From the human T2T-CHM13v2.0 reference genome, Homo sapiens: DNA of 64,000 nucleotides. The translations under genes and the position numbers were made by a program. The notes beneath the pieces were generated by a model. The model searched no databases, had not been told where the DNA came from, and worked only from the letters and a program-made list of their open reading frames with translations. Location: NCBI RefSeq assembly GCF_009914755.1, contig NC_060947.1; one strand, 5' to 3'. Below are positions 12,186 through 30,068 of this stretch, one piece after another (within the stretch, counting starts at the first letter, position 1; the number at the start of each line of letters is the position of its first letter).

Positions 12186-12626
12186 GGACATGACTAGATA
12201 ATTCTCAAAAGAAGATATACAAATGGCCAATAATAAATGAAAAAATGATCAACATTACTAATGATCAGGGAAATGCAAATCAAAATCACAATGTGATACC
12301 ACCTAACTCCTGCAAGAATGTCCATAATCAAAAAACAGTAGATGTTGGAATGGATCCAGTGATCATGGAACACTTCTACACTGCTGGTGGGAATGTAAAC
12401 TACTACAACCACTATGGAAAACAGTGTGGAGATTCCTTAAATAACTAAAAGTAGAACTACCATTTGATCCAGCAATCCCACTATTAGGTATCTACCCAGA
12501 GGAAAAGAAGTAATTATATAAAAAAGATACTTACACATGCATGTTTATAGCAGCACAATTCACAATTGCAAAATCATGGAACCAACCCAAACGCCCATCA
12601 ATCAACGAGTGGATAAAGGATCTGTG
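12186..12626 (+). mobile_element. L1PB-type ORF2 3' fragment
   Basis: CTCAAAAGAAGATATACAAATGGCC...CCATTTGATCCAGCAATCCCAC...GAGTGGATAAAG. Confidence 0.88.
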
Positions 12627-13383
12627 ATATATATATAGTATAGTACAGTATAGTAGCATTCCATTATATATAAATGTATATATACATACATGTATATATA
12701 CATATATATGTATTTCATCATATATACATACATGTATATATACACATATATATGATGGAATACTACTATACTATACGATATACATATATACATATATATG
12801 TACATGTGTATGCATATATATGTATTCCATCATATATGCATACATGTATATATACATATATACACACGTATATATACATACATTTATATATAAACATATA
12901 TGACGGAATATATGTATATATACATGCATGTGCATATGTATATATACAGGTACATATGTGCATATGTATATATACAGGTACATATGTGTATATGTATATA
13001 TACATGTACATGTGTATATACATGGATGTGTATATGTGTATACACATGTGTATATACATGTATGTGTACATGCGTATATACATGTGATTATATGCATATA
13101 CATATATGTGCATGTATGTATATATGTATGCGCATATATGTATATACGTGTGTGCATATATACATGTGGGTGCATATATGTATATATGCATGTAAGTGTA
13201 TATGTGTATATATGCATGTATGTGTATGTGTATATATGCATGCATGTACATGTGTATATATACATGCATGTGTATATGTGTATATATACTTGCATGTGTA
13301 TATGTGTGTATATATACATGTATGTGTATGTGTATATATACATGTATGTGTATATGTGTGTATATATACATGTCTGTGTATAT
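12627..13383. repeat. Long (TA/TG/CA)n alternating purine-pyrimidine repeat
   Basis: About 750 bp of TATATG/TACATG-type units, read directly. Confidence 0.95.
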
Positions 13384-13394
13384 GAAGATTTTTC

Positions 13395-16300
13395 TCCCTA
13401 TTTTATGGAGGATTTTTACATCAATATTCATCACAGATATTGACCTGTAGTTTTCTTTTTTTGATGTGTCCTTGTCTGGTTTTGGTATCAGGGTCATACT
13501 GGTTGTTTATAATGAGTGTGAAAGTATTTCTTCCTCTATTTTTTGAATATTTTGAATAGGATTGGTATTAGTTCTTATTTAAATGTTTGGTAGAATTCAG
13601 CAGTGAATCAATTGGGTCCTGAGATTTTCTTTACTCGGAGATTTTTTATTATGGCTTTGATCTCAATAGTTGTTATTGGTCCATTGCAGTTTTGGATTTC
13701 TTCCTGGTTCAATCTTGCTAAGTTATATGTATCTATGAATTTATCTATTTCTTCTATGTTTTTAAATTTATTGGCATATTGTCACTCACAGTAGCCACTA
13801 ATGATTCTTTAAGTATCTGCGGTATCTGTTGTAGTGTTCCTTTCTTATTTTTGAATTTACTGTTTGAATTTTCTCTCTCTTCTTTAGTCTGGCTAACGGT
13901 TTGTAAATTTTCTTTAACTTTTCAAAAAAACATTTTGTTTCACTGATCTTTTATATTGCTTTTTAATTTCAATTTCACTTATTTCTGTTCTAAAGTTTAT
14001 TACTTATTTTCTTCTATTAATTTTGTGTTTGATTTGCTCTTGCTTTTCTAGTTATTTAAAATGCATTGTTAGTTTATTTGAATTTTTTCTCTTTTTTGAT
14101 GTGGGCACTTATAGCTGTAAACTTCCCTCTTAGTACTACTTTTTCTGTATTCCATAAGTTTTGGTATGTTATGTTTCCATGATCATTGGTTTCCAGAAAT
14201 TTTAATTTTACATTTTACTTTCTTCATTGATCCACTGGTCATTCAGGAGCATATTGTTTAATTTTCACATATCTGCATAGTTTCCAAAATTTGTCTCTTT
14301 ATTAATTTCTAGTTTTATTCCATTGGGATCAGAGAAGATGCTTGATATTATTTCAATTTTTTGAATGTTTTAAGACTTGTTTTGTGACCCAAAATATGCT
14401 CTGTTCTTGAGAATAATTCATATAATGATGAGAAGAATGTATGTTTTGCAGCTCTTAGATAAAATGTTCTGTAAATATCTGTTAGATCCATTTGGTCTAT
14501 GGTGAAGATTAAGTCTGATGTTTCTTTGTTGATTTTCTTTCTGGAAGATCTGTCTAATGCTGACAGTGGGGTGTTGAAGTTTCCAGCTATTATTGTATTG
14601 GAGCCTAAGCCTGTCTTTAGCTCTAATAATATTTTCTTTCTATATCTGGGAGCTCCAGTGTTGGGTGCATATATATTTAAAACAGTTATATTCTCTTGCT
14701 GAACTGACCCCTCCCATTTATCATTGTATAGTGAACTTCTTTGTCTCTTCTTATAGTTTTTGTGTTCAAATATATTTTGTCTCATATAAGAATAGTGACT
14801 CGTTATTTTTTTTTTCTTTGGCATAGAACATCTTTTTACAGCCCTTTATTTACAGTCTATGTGTGTCTTTATAGGTGAAGTGTGTTTCTCTTAGGTAGTA
14901 GATCAATGGGTTTTGTTTTTCCATCCATTCAGCCACTCTATGTCTTTTGATTGGGAAGTTCAGTTCATCTACATTTAATGTTATTATTGATAAGTAAGGT
15001 CTTACTCTTGCCATTTTTTTATTTGTTTTATAATTTTTTTTGTGGTCTTCTGTTTTCTACTCTCTTTCATTCCAATCTTCTCGTAATGGAGGTAATTTTC
15101 TCTGGTGATATGATTTAGTTTCTTTCTTTTATTGTTTTGTGTATCCCTTGTAAATTTTGGCATTTGTCATCAACCTGAGACTTAGCATATATGACCTTAT
15201 AATCTATTATTTTAAGATGATAATGATGCTATTTGGATGAACAAAGAAGCAAAAAGACAACTAATAGAAACTCTATACCTTAACTTTGTTCCCCCAATTT
15301 TTAACTTTTTCTTGTTTTCATTTAAATCTTATTGTACTGTCAATGTCTTGAAAAGTTGTTAAAGTTATTGTTTTTGATTGGTTTATCATTTAGTCTTTCT
15401 AGTTAGGATAAGAGTAGTTTACACATCACAGTTACAGTGTTATAATATTTTCTGTGTACTTATTATTCCCACTTTAGTATTTCTTGTAGGATCGGTGTGG
15501 TATTGATGAAATTCCTCAGCTTTTGTTTGTCTGGGAAAGTCTTTATTTTACCCTCACGTTTGAAAGAAAATTTTGCTAGATTTACTATTCTAAGCTAAAA
15601 GTTTTCTTCAGTACTTTAAATATTTCATACTGCTCTCTCAAGGCCTGTATGTTTTCTGCTGATAAGTCTGATGCCAGATGTATTGGAGCTTCATTGTATG
15701 TTATTTGTTTCTATTCTCTTGCTTCCTTCAGAATCTTTTCTGCCTCCTTGACCTTTGCAAATTTAGTTATTAAATGCCTTGAGGTAATCTTCTTTGGGTT
15801 AAATCTGCTTGGTGGTTTGTAACTTTGTTGTATTTACATATTAATATCTTTCCCCAGCTTTGAGAAGTTGTCCGTTATTAACTCTTTGAATAAGCTTCCT
15901 ACCCCTATCTTTTTCTTTACCTTTTCTTTAAGGTCCATAAATCTTAGATGTGTTTTTTTAGGCTATTTTTTAGATCCTGTAAGCATGCTTCATTGATTTT
16001 TATTCATTTTTGTTTTGTCCTCTTTTATGGTATATATTCAAATAGCCTGTCTCCAAGTTCACTAATTCTTTCTTCTGCTTGTTAATTTATGTTGTTAAAA
16101 GATTTGGATGGATTCTTCAGTGTGCCAACTGTGTTTTTCAGCTCTAGAATTTCTGCCTTATTCTTTTTAATTATTTCAAACTCTTTGTTAAATTTATATA
16201 ATAGAATACTGAATTCCTTTTCTGTGTTATCTTAAATTTCTTTGAGTTTACTCAAAATAGCTCTTTTTCTCTAGGACTGGTCCCTGGTGTCTTAGGTAGT

Positions 16301-16780
16301 TTATTTGGAGAGGTCATGTTTTCCTAAATGGTGTTGATGCCAGTAGATATTATGCAATGTCTGAGCATTGAAGGGCTAGGTATTTATTGTAGTCTTTACT
16401 GTCAAACCTTGTTTGTAACCATCTTACTTGGGAAAATTTTTCAGATACTCAAAAGGGCTTGGGTGCAGTCACCTAAGCTCTGTTTGCTTTAGGGGATGCC
16501 CATAGTCCAGTAATACTGTGGTTCTTGCAGATTATAGAGGTACTGCCTTGACAGTTTTGAACAAGATTTGGGATTGAACACGATTAGGGATTCTTTTTCA
16601 GTTTTGAATAAGAATCTATGGATTCCCAGGCAGAGACTCTTTTTCCTTTCCATTTCCTTCTTCCAAACATGCAGAGTCTCTTTCTCTCTGTTCTGAGCCA
16701 ACAAAATCTGGGAGTGGAGTAATACAAGCACCCCATAGCCACCACCACTATGACTGCACTAGATAAAAACTGAAGCCAGC
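13395..16780 (-). mobile_element. Old L1 (L1MA/L1M type): 5' part of ORF2, inter-ORF region, ORF1 and partial 5' UTR
   Basis: Peptides [19 protein letters not shown] and VLNIYAPNTGAPRY...GNFNTPLSALDRS. The 5' part is homologous to 30.1-31.0 kb. Confidence 0.85.
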
Positions 16781-17051
16781 GGAGGTGGAGCCAAGATGGC
16801 CGAATAGGAACAGCTCCAGTCTACAGCTCCCAGGGTGAGTGATGCAGAAGATGGGTGATTTCTGCATTTCCAATTGAGGTACTGGGTTCATCTCACTGGG
16901 GAGCGTCAGAAAGTGGGTGCAAGACAGTGGGTGCAGAGCACCGAGCATGAGCTGAAGCAGGGCAAGGAAGCACCTCACCTGGGAAGTGCAAGGGGTCAGG
17001 GAATTCCCTTTCCTAGTCAAAGAAAGGGGTGACAGAGAGCACCTGGAAAAT

Positions 17052-17234
17052 TCAGGTCACTCCCACTCTAATACTGTGCTTTTCCAACGGTCTTAGCAAA
17101 CGGCACACCAGGAGATTATATCCCGTGCATGGCTCGGAGGGTCCTATGCCCATGGAGCCTCGCTCATTGCTAGCACAGCAGTCTGAGATAAAACTGCAAG
17201 GTGGCAGTGAGGCTGTGGGAGGGGCGCCCACCAT
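17052..17234 (-). pseudogene. ORF0: L1 ORF0, truncated to 60 aa
   Basis: MVGAPPTASLPPCSFISDCCASN... matches primate L1 antisense ORF0 and stops after RVGVT. Confidence 0.8.
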
Positions 17235-17805
17235 TGCCTAGGCTTGAGTAGGTAAAAAAAGTGACCAGGAAGCTCGAACTAGGTGGAGCCCACCACAGCT
17301 CAAGGAGGCCTGCCTGCCTCTGTAGACCCCACCTCTGGGGGCAGGGTACAGCCAAACAAAAGGCAGCAGAATCCTCTGCAGAATTAAATGTCACTGTCTG
17401 ACAGCCTTGAAGAGAGCAGTGGTTCTCCCAGCATGCAGCTGGACATCTGAGGACAGACAGACTGCCTCCTCAAGTGGGTCCCTGACCCCTGAGTAGCCTT
17501 AGAGGCACCCCACAGTAGGGGCAGACTAACACCTCACACGGCCCGGTACTCCTCTGAGACAAAACTTCCAGAGGAACAATCAGGCAGCAACATTTGCTGT
17601 TCAACAACATCTGCTATTCTGCAGCCTCTGCTGCTGATACCCAGGCAAAAAAGATCTGGAGTGGACCTCCAGCAAACTCCAAAAGACCTGCAGTTGAGGG
17701 TCCTGACTGTTAGAAGGAAAACTAACAAACAGAAAGGACATCCACACCAAAAACCCATCTGTACGTCACCATCATCAAAGACCAAAGGTAGATAAAACCA
17801 CAAAG

Positions 17806-18819
17806 ATGGGGAAAAAACAGAGCAGAAAAACTGGAAACTCTAAAAATCAGAGTGCCTCTCCTCCTGCAAAGGAACACAGCTCCTCACCAGCAATGGAACA
17901 AAGGTGGATGGAGAATGACTTTGATGAGTTGAGAGAAGACTTCAGACGATCAAACTACTCCGAGCTAAAGGAGGAAGTTTGAACCCATGGCAAAGAAGTT
18001 AGAAACTTGAAAAAAAATTAGATGAATGGCTAATTAGAATAACCAATGCAGAGAAGTCCTTAAAGGAGCTGATGGAGCTGAAAAACCAAGGCACAAGAAC
18101 TACGTGATGAATGCACAAGCCTCAGTAGCCGATTTGATCAACTGGAAGAAAGGGTATCAGTGATGGAAAATCAAATGAATGAAATGAAGTGAGAAGAGAA
18201 GTTTAGAGAAAAAAGAATAAAAAGAAATGAACAAAGCCTCCAAGAAATATGGGACTATGTGAAAAGACCAAAGCTACACCTGATTGGTGTACCTGAAATT
18301 GATGGGGAGAATGGAACCAAGTTGGAAAACACTCTGCAGGATATTATCCAGGAGAACTTCCCCAATCTAGCAAGGCAGGCCAACATTCAAATTCAGGAAA
18401 TACAGAAAATGTCACAAAGATACTCCTCAAGAAGTGCAACTCCAAGACACATAATTGTGAGATTCACCAAAGTTGAAATGAAGGAAAAAATGTTAAGGGC
18501 AGCCAGAGAGGAAGGTTGGGTTACCCACAAAGGGAAGCTCATCAGACTAACAGCTGATCTCTCGGCAGAAACTCTACAAGCCAGAAGAGACTGGGGGGCA
18601 ATATTCAACATTCTTAAAGAAAAGAATTTTCAACCCAGAATCTCATATCCAGCCAAACTAAGCCTCATAAGTGAAGGAGAAATAAAATCCTTTACACACA
18701 AGCAAATGCTGAGAGATTTTGTCACCACCAGGCCTGCCCTAAAAGAGCTCCTGAAGGAAGCACTAAACATGGAAAGGAAAAACCACTACCAGCCACTGCA
18801 AAAACATGCCAAATTGTAA
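17806..18819 (+). pseudogene. L1 ORF1, disrupted
   Basis: ATGGGGAAAAAACAG start, stops and frameshifts in the coiled coil, open C-terminal part ending ...QKHAKL. Confidence 0.9.
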
Positions 18820-18880
18820 AGACCATCAAGGCTACGAAGAAACTATATCAACTAATGAGCAAAATAACCAGTACCTCATA

Positions 18881-22710
<3,830 letters not shown>

Positions 22711-22944
22711 ACAATGAGAACACATGGACACAGGAAGGGGAACATCACACACAGGGGCCTGTTGTGGGCTGGGGGGAGTGGGGAGGGATAGCATTAGGAG
22801 ATACATCTAATGTTAAATGACGAGTTAATGGGTGCAGCATACCAACATGGCACATGTATACATATGTAACAAACCTGCACGTTGTGCACATGTATCCTAA
22901 ATCTTAAAGTATAATAAAATAAATAAGTAAATAAAATGAAAAAA

Positions 22945-24645
22945 GAAAACAATTCTATTTACAGTAGCATGAAAATATCAAATAGGAATAAACTTATAAG
23001 GATGCAAAAGACTTGTACATAAAAACTACAAAATGTTGCCAAAAGCAATTAAAGAAGAGACAAATAAATGGAAAGACATTATGTATTCATAAATTGCAAG
23101 ATAATATTGTTAAGATGTCCATTCTACCTAAAGTGCTCCACGCACAAGGAAATCTCTATCAAAATAATAATAATTTTTTGCATTAATAGAAAAAAACAAT
23201 TTTAAAATGTATATGAAATCTCAAAAGTCTCTGAATAGCCAAAACAATCTTTAAATAAAATTGAATGTCTTACACTTCTTGATTTCAAAACTGCCTATTA
23301 TGCTAGACTAAACAAAATATTGTGGTAATGGCACAAAGGCATAAACATAGACCAATGGAATAGAATACGGGCCACAGAAAGAAATCCTAACATGTATGAT
23401 CAAATGATTTTTGAAGTTTGCCAAGACCATTCAATAAAAAACACAATCTTTTCAACAAATGGTGGTGAGAAACCTTATATGCACATGCAATAGAAGGAAA
23501 TTGGACCCTTAACTTACATTATATATGAAAATTAATTCAAAATGGACCACAAATCTAAACATAAGAGCTAAAACTATAAAATTCTTAGACAAAAACATAG
23601 GGATATCTTTATGTCATTAGGTTTGGCAAAAATTGTTTTGGATATGACCTCAAAAACACAGGTAAGAGAAAAAAAGTTAATAAATAAGACTTTGTCAAAA
23701 TTAAAAACTTTTGTGTATCAAAGTACAGTGTCAGCAGTGAAAAGACAACCCATACAGTTGAAGAAAGTATTTGCAAATCATATATGTGATATGCAATTAG
23801 TATCAATAATATATTTAAAAATCTTACAACTCAATAACAAAAAATCAAACAATCCAATGTTAAAATGGGTGAAGTACTTGTACAGAAATTCATCTGAAAA
23901 AGAAATATAGATGCCAATGAACCTATAAAAAGATGACAAACACAACTAATCATTAGGAAAATAAAAATAAAACCCAAAATATGATTTTAATTCCCACCCA
24001 TTAGGACAGCTATTAAAAAAAATAACAAATCTAGAAAATAGCAAGTGTTGGTAGGAATGTGGTAAAACAATTAAAAATTAAGTTACCATATGATCCGGTG
24101 ATTTCACTTCTGGGAATATACCACAAATAATTCAAAGCAGTTACTTGAACAGATATTTGCACACCAATGTTCATGGTAACATCATTCACAATAGCAGAAA
24201 ATGGAAACATTGTAAATGTCAATTAATGGAAGGATGGATGAACAAATTGTAGTATGTTTATACAATGGAATATTATACAGCCTTGAAAAGAAAGAAAAAA
24301 ATGCACAAATGTTACAGCATGATGAAACATGAAGATATTATGCTATGTGAAATGAACAAGACACCAAAGGTGTAATCTTACTTATACAAGTTACCTACAA
24401 TAACGAAATTCGTAGATACACAGAGTAGAATGGTGGTTGCAAGGAGCTGGGGAAAGGGAAAGTGGAGAGTTAATGTTTATTGTGTAGAGGATTTCAGTTT
24501 GGAAAGATAAAAAGAATTCTAGAGCTGAATGTTGGTGATGGTTGCACAATAATGTGTGAATGTCCTTAATGCCACCAAATTGTATCCTTAAAATTTTTTA
24601 AATAAAAAATTTTATGTTACATGTATTTTACCACAATTAAAAAAC
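22945..24645 (+). mobile_element. Old L1 (L1MB-like): ORF2 3' part and 3' UTR
   Basis: Degenerate ORF2. 3' UTR GGTGATGGTTGCACAATAATGTG...CCTTAATGCCAC. Confidence 0.8.
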
Positions 24646-24649
24646 AATT

Positions 24650-25783
24650 GACTTAGTCCACCATATAAAAATAACAAAAAAGTAAAAATTTATTTTCAAA
24701 AAGAGTGTAAAAAAAGGCATTTTAAATACACAGTGAACATTCATGAAAAATACTCTAATTTATCTAGGAGAAGAAGGGATTTTCCTTAACATGACAAAAG
24801 GCATATACAGAAAAGCAAACAAAACCAGGACCTTATAAATAATATTATGCCTAATCTTGAAAGACTAAATGTTTTCTCCTTAAAATTGGAAACAAGGCAA
24901 ACATATGTGCTTTTACCACTCCTATTCAATTTTGTACTTTTTTGTCCTAGCCAGTACGATAAGGTGAGAAAATCAAATACACAGCCCAAACTTTTAGAAA
25001 GCATACAATTATTATTCACAGAAAACAAGACATATATGTAGAGATTACCATAGCATCACAGAATATGGTTTCTTTTAAACTTACCAGAAATCAGAAGTAA
25101 ATTTAGCAAAGAAGTAGAATACAAGCTCAGTACACAAAAATCAGTTGTGTTTTTCTATAATACAAAGAAACAATTGAAAAATGAAATTTTGAATAGTCAT
25201 TTACAGTGGCATAAAAACTATGATATACTTTATAAGATAAATTTTAAAAATGTTCCAGTCCTGTACGCTAAAACAACAAAACATGGTTGAGAAAAATTAT
25301 TTTTTAAACTTCAAAGAATAGAAAGTATTTATAGATTAAGGGTTCATGTTGTTAAGATGTCAACTCTGGAAATTGATTTTAAATGGGTAAAATTATATGG
25401 TATGTGAATTATATCTCAGTAAATCTGTTTAAAAGTAAATCTACAAAAATATTTTAAAAACCCTCTCTTTGCCATGCATTTATAAGCAGGCAAAAAAAAA
25501 ACACACTGAAAAATCAGTAAAAAAAAAATTGACCAAACACTTCAGGAGATAAATGTCTAATAAGAATAGCAAATAAAGATATGAAAAGATTCTTCACATA
25601 ATTAGACATTAAAGAAACGGAAACTGAAAGCACAATATGATACTACTTGTATCTATGGGAATGGCTAAAATTAAAAATACTGAAAGTACCAAGTGTTGAT
25701 ATGAATGTGGAAAAACTGTCACTCTTAATATTGATGTGTGTGTAAAACTATACAACCAAAAACATTTGTTAGTTTTCTAAAAA
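24650..25783 (+). mobile_element. Very old L1 (L1MC/ME-like) fragments, continuing at 32571-33165
   Basis: RLNVFSLKLETRQ...LLPLLFN RT remnant. The host sequence resumes after the L1MA block. Confidence 0.7.
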
Positions 25784-25789
25784 TTTTAT

Positions 25790-26975
25790 CTAAAACTTTT
25801 TGCTTTTTTGTTGTATATAGTAGGTATGTATTTAGGGGTTAAGTGAGATATATTGATACAAGCATGTGATACATAATAATCACATCAGGGTTCATGGGGG
25901 TATACTTTCTATTTTTTTGCTCCCAGTAAACAACCTTACATCTCTCTCATCCCCCACTACACCCCCTTCCCAACCTCTGGAAACCGTTCTTCTATTCTCT
26001 ATCTCCATGAGTTCAATTATTTTAAATTTTAGCTCTTACAAATAATTGAGTACATATGAAGCCTGTCTTTCTGTTCCTGGCTTATTTCACTTAATATAAT
26101 GATCTCCAGTTTCATCCCTGCTGTTGCAAATGACAGGATCTCATTCTTTTTTATGGTTAAATAGTCCTTCATCTTCATTGTGTTCAAGTGCCACATTTTC
26201 TTTATCCATTCATCTGTTGATGGACACTTAGGTGGCTTCCAAACCTTGGCTATTGTGAACAGTGCTGCAACAAACATGGGAATGCAGATATCTCTTCTAT
26301 ATACTGATTTCCTTTCTTTGGATATATACCCAAGCAGTAAGATTGATGAATTCTATGGTAACTCTATTTTTTAGTTTTTTTTTTGAGAGACCTCCAAACT
26401 GTTCTCCATAGTTGTTGTACTAATTTACATTTCCACAAAGAGTGTAGGAGAATTCCCTTTCCTTCACATCCTTGCCAGCATTTGTTATTGCCTATCTTTT
26501 GGATAAAAGCTATTTTAACTGGGGTAAGAGGAAATCTCATTGTAGTTTTGATTTTCATTTCTTTAATGATCAATGATGTTGAGAACCTTTTCATGCACCT
26601 GTTTTAAATTTCTTTGTCTTTCTTTGAGAAATGTCTATTCTGATATTTTGCCCAATTTTTGATCAGATTATTATATTTTTTCTTATAAAGTTGTTTGAGG
26701 TTCTTATGTATTCTGGTTATTAATCCCTTGTCAGATGGGTAGTTTGAAAATATTTTCTCCCATTATGTGGGTTGTCTCTTCATTTTGTTGCTTGTTTCCT
26801 TTGCTGTGCAGAAGCTTTTTTAACTTGAAGTGACCTGGTTGCCCATTTTTGCTTTGGCTGCCAGTGCTTGTAGGATATTAATCAAGAAATATTTGCTCAG
26901 TTCAAAGTCCTGGACTGTTTTCTGAATGTTTTCTTTTAGTAGTTTTGTAGTTTTAAATCTCAGATTGGTGTATTT
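25790..26975 (-). mobile_element. L1MA 3' end (element A)
   Basis: [29 protein letters not shown] and an L1MA-type 3' UTR. Confidence 0.85.
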
Positions 26976-27004
26976 CACCTATTAAACAATTTAATTATTA
27001 GAAA

Positions 27005-30000
27005 AATGTTTAATTTTTGTGAGTACATAGTAGGTGTATATATTTATGGGGTACATTAAATGTTTTGATACAGGCAGAAAATGTACAATAATTACATAAT
27101 GTAAAATGGGGTATCCATCCCAACATATATTTATCATTTGTGTTACAAACAATCCAATTGTACTCTTTTAGTTATTTTAACATGTACAATTAAATTACTA
27201 TTTACTATAGCCACCCTGTTGTGCTATCAATTAGATCTTATTTATTATTTTATATTTTTTGTAACTGTTAACCAACCCCAGCTCACTTCCACTTTCCCAA
27301 TACCCTTCCCAGCTTCTGGTAACCATCCTTTCACTATCCCTGTGAGTTCAATTGTTATGAATTTTATATCTCACAAATAAGTGAGAACATGTAATGTTTG
27401 TCTTTCTGTGTCTGGCTTATTTCAACTAGCATAATAACCTCCAGTTCTATCCAGGTTTTTGCAAATGACAGAATCTTATTTTTTTCTGGCTGAATAGTCC
27501 GCCATTGTGTATCTGTACCACATTTTTTTAATCCATTCATCTGTCGATGGACACTTAGGTTGCTTCCAAATCTTGGCTATTGTGAACAGTGCTGCAACAA
27601 ACATGGGAGTGCAGATAATCTCTTCCATATACTGATTTCTTTTCTCTTGAATAGAAACATGTCAGTAGGATTGATAGATCTTACGGTAGCTCTATTTTTA
27701 GTTCTTTGAGGAATCTCCAAACTCTTTTTCATAGTGGTTGTACTAACTTACATTCCCACCAACAGTGTACGAAGGTTCCCTTTTCTCCACATTGTCATCA
27801 GCATTTGTTATTGCCTTTTGGTAAAACCCATTTTAACTGAGGTGAGATGATATCTCATGGTAGTTTTGATTTGTATTTCTCTGATGATCAACGATGTCAA
27901 GCACCTTTTCATATGCCTATTTGCCATTTGTATGTCTTCTTTTGAGAAATGTCTATTCAGATCTTTTGCCAATTTTTGAATCAAATTGTTAATTTTTTTT
28001 CTACAGAGTAGTTTGAACTTCTCATATAATCTGTTTATTAATATATTTTCAGATGGGTAGGATGGGTAGCTTGCAATATTTTTTTCTCATTCTATGTGTT
28101 GTCCCTTTACTTTGTTGATCATTTCCCTTGCTATACAGAGGCTTTTAAATGTGAGTTGGTCCCATTTGTTCATTTTTGCTTTGGTTACCTGGGTTTGTGG
28201 GATATTACTCAAGAAATTTTGCCCAGACCGATGTCTTGGAGAGTTTCTCCAATATTTCCTTATTGTTGTTTTATAGTTTGAGGTCTTCAATTTTAAGTAT
28301 TTAATCAATTTTGATTTTATTTTTGTATATGGCTAGAGGTACTGTTCTAGTTCTATTCTTCTGTATATGGATATCCAGTTTTCCCAACACCATTTATTGA
28401 AAAGACTATATTTCCAATGTATGTTCTTGGTAACTTTGTAGAAGATGAGTTCACTGCACATGTATCCATTTGTTTCTGGGTTGTCTATTCTGTTTCATTG
28501 ATCTATGTGTCTGTTTTTATGCTAGTACTGTTGTGTTTTGGTTACTATAGCTCTGTAGTATAATTTGAAGTCAGGTAATTTGATTCTTCTAGTTTTATTC
28601 TTTTTACTCAGGATAGTTTTGGCTATTATGGGTCTTTTGTGGTTCCATATAAAGTTTATTATTGTTTTTGTTATTTTTTTGAAGAATTCCATTGGTATTT
28701 CAATAAGGATTGCATTAAATCGGTAGATTGCTTTGGGTATTATGAACATTTTAACAACACTAATTCTTCCAATCCATGAACATGGAATATATTTTCATTT
28801 TTTTTGGTGTCCTCTTCAATGTTCTGCATCAATATTTTATTGTTTTAATTGTAGATATCTTTTACTTTCTTAATTTTGAGTTATTTATGTGTGGCTATTG
28901 TAAATAGAATTACTATCTTGTTTATTTTTAAGATTGTTCACTGTTGGGATATACAAATAGTACTAAATTTTGTAAAATAGTATTGTATTCAGAAACTTTA
29001 CTGAATATGTTTATTAGTTCTAGTAGTTTTTTGTAGAGTCCTTAGAATTTTCCAAATATAAGATCATGTTATCAACAAACAAGGATAATTTGACTTCTTC
29101 CTTTCCAATTTGGATGTCTATATTTTCTTCTCTTGTCTAATTGCTCTAGCTAGGACTTCCAGTACTATGTTAAATAACAGTGGTGACAGTAGGCAGCTTT
29201 GCTGCATTCCAGATCTTAGAGGAAAGTTTGTTAGTTTTTCCCCATTCAGTATGATACTAGTTGTTGGTCTGTTATACATGGCTTTTATTATGTTGAGGAA
29301 TGTTTTTTCTATACTCAGTTTTTTAAGGGTTTTTATCATGAAGCAATGTTTAATTTTATAAAATGCTTTTCCAGTGTTACTTGAGATGATCATATGGATT
29401 CTGTCCTCTATTCTGTTTATATGATGTATCACCTTAATTGATTTAAATATGTTAAACATTCCTTGCATCCTTGGGATAAATCTCACTTGATCATGATAAA
29501 TGATCTTATTTTTTAATTTTGTTTGCTAGTATTTTATTCAGATTTTTTTCATCAAAATTCATCAGGAATATTGACCTGTAGTTTTCACTTTTTGATGTGT
29601 CTTTGTCTGGCTTTGATATCAGGGTCATACCGGCTTCATAGAGTGAGTCTGGAAGTATTTCCTTCTCTATTTTTCAGAATACTTTGAGTAGGATTGTATT
29701 AATTCTTTTTCATGTGTTTAGTAGAATTCAGCAGTGAAGCCATCTGCTCTCGGGCTTTTCTTTGCTGGGATACATTTTATTATGGTTTCTATTTCATTAC
29801 TTGTTATTGGTCTGTTCCTGTTTTGGATTTCTTCATGATTTAATATTTGTAAGTTATATGTGTCTAGGAATTTATTCATTTCTTCCAGATTTTTTAACTT
29901 ATTGGCATATAGTTGCCCATAGTAGCCACTAATGGGCCTTTGAATTTGTGTGGAATCATCTGTAATGTCTTATTTTTAATCTCTTATTTATTTGAATCTA

Positions 30001-30068
30001 CTTTCTTTTTATCTTAGTTATTCTGGCTAAAGGATTTCCCAGTTTGTTTAACTTTTCAAGAAATCAAC
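27005..30068 (-). mobile_element. Second L1MA 3' end plus ORF2 (element B)
   Basis: A second 3' UTR and RT peptides [22 protein letters not shown] and [16 protein letters not shown]. Confidence 0.85.

Noticed and set aside
11610-13497. Many Y/I/H/M/C/V-rich ORFs of up to 243 aa
   Set aside because: They are translations of TA/TG/CA microsatellites that lack stop codons, not genes
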